A DNA stretch of 64,000 bases. Origin: Curvivirga sp. (GTDB taxonomy: Bacteria; Pseudomonadota; Alphaproteobacteria; UBA8366; Aestuariispiraceae). The notes under the pieces were generated by a model. It searched no databases, was not told the DNA's origin, and was given only the letters and a program-made list of their open reading frames with translations. The stretch is from assembly GCF_965219885.1 (NCBI RefSeq), contig NZ_CBDCOT010000008.1, forward strand, positions 323,919 to 387,918. The letters are read 5' to 3'. Positions 61,504 to 64,000 of this stretch are shown here, one piece after another (position 1 is the first letter of the stretch; every line of letters starts with the position of its first letter). A program made the position numbers and the translations under genes.

Positions 61504-62916
61504 TTATTCAGCAGGTGCATCCTTTTCAATATCAGGGCCAATACCCCACCATTTATCATGAACTTCATCATAATGAGCGGTCGCATCATAAATATCTGCA
61601 CCCAAACCAAGCTCAGACATAGTCAACCCACCAATTGCCGCAAGTAGTGCAAACTGAGCAACATTCTCATCACGTTGGGAACGTACAAGACTTACTTTTG
61701 CATCTAACAATTCTTGCTCCGCGTCCAATACATCCAATACTGTACGAGAACCAACAATTGCTTCTTGCTCAACACCTTCAAAAGCGATGGTTGTTGCACG
61801 AACTTCATCTTGTTGCGCTTCAATTTGTGCGCGGGTGGTTTTTAAGTTTTCCCAGGAAGACGTTGCTGTCTCAATCACACTACGGCGCTGCTCTTCAATT
61901 TGTACACGCGCAAGCGAAGCAGATTCTTTAGCCTGACGAACTTGCGAGCTTACCAAACCTTGCTGATAAATCGGCACGGAAAGATTCAAACGAATAGACG
62001 CATCTTTGGTTGTTAAATCTTCACCAGACACATCATTGTTATAATTTGTCGCACCGACCAAATCCAAAGAAGGATACAGAGATGCCTCAGCAGAATCTAC
62101 ATCCAAAACCGACGCATCATAAGAATGACGTGCAGCAACCACTAACGGGTTTTTATCAGAAGATAAAGTAATTGCTTCATCACGGCTTAATGGCAAACCA
62201 AGGTTTAAAACAGGGGTCGCCATCTGACCGTCAATCGGCTCACCCACGATTTGCTCATAACTGGCCTTGCTTGTTTCCAAAGAACCTGCGGCAGAAATTG
62301 TATCTGCGCGTGCGCGAGACAAACGCGATTCAGCTTGTGCAACGTCTGTGCGTGTTACCTCACCCACATCAAAACGATCTTGTGTTGCCTCAAGTTGTTT
62401 TTGTAGGCGTTTTTCATTTTGTTGGTTCAAATCCAGAACAGCAATATCACGCAATACATCAAGATAGGCTGTTGCAGCTTCAAGCAAGATAGATTGCTCT
62501 GTCGCGGCCAAAGAAGCACGTGCAGATAACACATTTGCTTCGGCAGAGGCGATACCAGCTTCGGTACCACCGCCTGCATAAAGGTTTTGAGTAACAGATA
62601 AGGCCGCAGAATAGAATGAACGATCACTATCTGTATCAACACCATTATTATCTGTATCAGAATTAATTGCCCCTAAGGACCCTGTACCTGTGACAGTCGG
62701 GCGCCAGCCAGATACAGCTTGTGCCACACCTTCATTGGTCACACGTAAGGAAGCACGCTGCGCAAGTAACGTAGGGTTATTATCATAGGCGGCTAATAGC
62801 GCCTCTTCCAAAGATGCAGACCAGGCCGCACTCGAAGATAAAGTCGCAGTTGCCAATCCGGCAGCAGCCACACCCAATTTCAAGAAAGCTTTAATATTCA
62901 CAATAGTAAACCCCAA
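61504..62916 (-). CDS. tolC: TolC-family outer-membrane efflux/secretion channel
   Basis: 470 aa with a signal peptide ending AAWSA. SLEEALLAAYDNNPTLLAQRASL opens two internally repeated halves. The TTG start at 62916 is uncertain. Confidence 0.85.
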   Translation of the reverse strand: MGFTIVNIKAFLKLGVAAAGLATATLSSSAAWSASLEEALLAAYDNNPTLLAQRASLRVTNEGVAQAVSGWRPTVTGTGSLGAINSDTDNNGVDTDSDRSFYSAALSVTQNLYAGGGTEAGIASAEANVLSARASLAATEQSILLEAATAYLDVLRDIAVLDLNQQNEKRLQKQLEATQDRFDVGEVTRTDVAQAESRLSRARADTISAAGSLETSKASYEQIVGEPIDGQMATPVLNLGLPLSRDEAITLSSDKNPLVVAARHSYDASVLDVDSAEASLYPSLDLVGATNYNNDVSGEDLTTKDASIRLNLSVPIYQQGLVSSQVRQAKESASLARVQIEEQRRSVIETATSSWENLKTTRAQIEAQQDEVRATTIAFEGVEQEAIVGSRTVLDVLDAEQELLDAKVSLVRSQRDENVAQFALLAAIGGLTMSELGLGADIYDATAHYDEVHDKWWGIGPDIEKDAPAE

Positions 62917-63007
62917 TATTTTCTAGAACATACGCAATCCACGACATATGTAGTCATTTAGATCATAATAAAAAGATGTAAAAAGTAAAATAACTCTTTT
63001 TTTTATT

Positions 63008-63044
63008 TAAAAACTAAAGGCCAATGCATCAAACATTGGCCTTT
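63008..63044 (-). terminator. Hairpin terminator downstream of the pcm-like gene
   Basis: 11-bp stem AAAGGCCAATG/CATTGGCCTTT with a 7-nt loop. AGTTTTTAAAT follows on the minus strand. Confidence 0.55.
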
Positions 63045-63071
63045 TAACTTTAATTCCAATATTCAGATATT

Positions 63072-63725
63072 TTAGAATACGAAACCTTTTTCCCTTGCAA
63101 AGCCCGGCAATGGTTGAACATTCGCATCAAAAATAGCTTTGGAAGACGCCACACCATTTGCTTTCACATATAAATGTGCGACGCCATTTGTTTCACTCGC
63201 AGAATCTGCAAGCACAACTGCCAAACGACCACCTTCTGCCAACTGCGCTAAAATCTCTGCCGGTACCTCTTCCACAGATCCGTCAAACAAGATTACATTA
63301 TAAGGCCCTTGCTTAGCTAAGCCATCAGTCAAAGCACCATCCAGAACAACCACATTATCCATAGCAAGGTCCGTTAATGTTTTGCCTGTGCTTTCTGCAA
63401 GTTCCTTGTCAGATTCAACCGCAAAAACTGTTTCCGCCATACAACCTGCAACCGCTGCCATATAACCAGCCCCAACAACCAAGACAGTATCTTTTTCCTG
63501 GATTTGTGTCAGCTGAACCAAACGCGCTGCGATCATCGGCTCCATCAAGAAGCGATCATTGGCGATTTCCAAGTCTTCATCAATATAGGCAAGATGGCGA
63601 TTCTGTGTTGGTACAAATTCTTCACGTGGCAAACCACGCATTGCTTCCAACACACCTTCGTCTGTGATTTTATTTGTACGAAGTTGACCTTCAACCATGT
63701 TGAAACGTGCAGCAGCGTAATCCAT
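63072..63725 (-). CDS. Protein-L-isoaspartate O-methyltransferase-family paralogue (divergent)
   Basis: 217 aa with ARFNMVEGQLRTN..., LPREEFVP and a weakened SAM loop VLVVGAGYMAAV. Sits immediately upstream of tolC on the same strand. Confidence 0.7.
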   Translation of the reverse strand: MDYAAARFNMVEGQLRTNKITDEGVLEAMRGLPREEFVPTQNRHLAYIDEDLEIANDRFLMEPMIAARLVQLTQIQEKDTVLVVGAGYMAAVAGCMAETVFAVESDKELAESTGKTLTDLAMDNVVVLDGALTDGLAKQGPYNVILFDGSVEEVPAEILAQLAEGGRLAVVLADSASETNGVAHLYVKANGVASSKAIFDANVQPLPGFAREKGFVF

Positions 63726-63882
63726 AGAAATTCTCCGAAACCCTGATCGGTTTAAAACGCGTTTTTTAATCTTTCTGCTTTATAAAGCGATAGATAGCTT
63801 CTTTCAACCATATGTTAGTGTAATTCACGATCTACAAATCGCTTTTTTTTCAGAAAAGTTTCACTTTCATGTGGAAACTCCC

Positions 63883-63911
63883 TTGACCCACCGTCTCCAC
63901 ACAAGTATATG
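63883..63911 (+). promoter_or_regulatory. Candidate strong sigma70-type promoter reading out of the window end
   Basis: TTGACC (63883-63888), a 17-nt spacer, then TATATG (63906-63911). A T-rich tract upstream could act as an UP element. Two small hairpins follow downstream (GACTTC-gatcta-GAAGTC; CTTCT-ttt-AGAAG). Confidence 0.3.
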
Positions 63912-64000
63912 ACCTTCCAGCAAATGACTTCGATCTAGAAGTCAACTTCGAACCTGCTTCTTTTAGAAGACTACCACTTGGTTCAGATGAAGTTTTGCCT

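Noticed and set aside
63940-63960. GTCAACTTCGAACC, reminiscent of a tRNA T-arm
   Set aside because: No acceptor, D or anticodon stems can be drawn around it, and it lacks GGTTCGAATCC-type conservation. I found no tRNA in the window by eye.

Overview
Dense, almost entirely housekeeping chromosome segment with about 57 protein genes. By eye I found no rRNA, tRNA, CRISPR, transposase or integrase. The gene order is typical of Alphaproteobacteria: yajC-secD-secF; argS-SPOR-nagZ-scpA-scpB-[ABC ATPase]-tatABC-serS-pcm-nlpD; dgt divergent from erpA-xthA; guaB-[3 GNATs]-rsmB-guaA; ppx-rlmE-dtd; pepA-holC divergent from lptF-lptG-lptD-surA-pdxA-rsmA; yicC-gmk; fabD-fabG-acpP-fabF-mltG; valS-popZ-tolC-pcm-like. 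The sequence looks AT-rich (not computed). A few small inserts in this core background are not explained by family knowledge. (i) A two-gene cassette of 371-aa and 473-aa soluble, acidic, probably helical proteins with no recognisable motif (49062-51670). It is the largest unassigned block and my best candidate for something undescribed. (ii) A signal-peptide protein built from repeated D-x-Y modules, 9 nt upstream of a methyl-accepting chemotaxis protein (53480-56236). (iii) Three translationally coupled 182-codon GNAT paralogues spaced exactly 541 nt apart behind guaB. (iv) A 715-aa RTX (GGxGxD) protein with a 324-bp higher-order repeat and no adjacent type I secretion genes. (v) An orphan ABC ATPase between scpB and tatA. 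None of these carries hallmarks of known defence, toxin or mobile systems, so all functional statements about them are hypotheses. Several ORF-track starts were trimmed to more plausible start codons (xthA, pdxA, acpP, fabG, valS, popZ).
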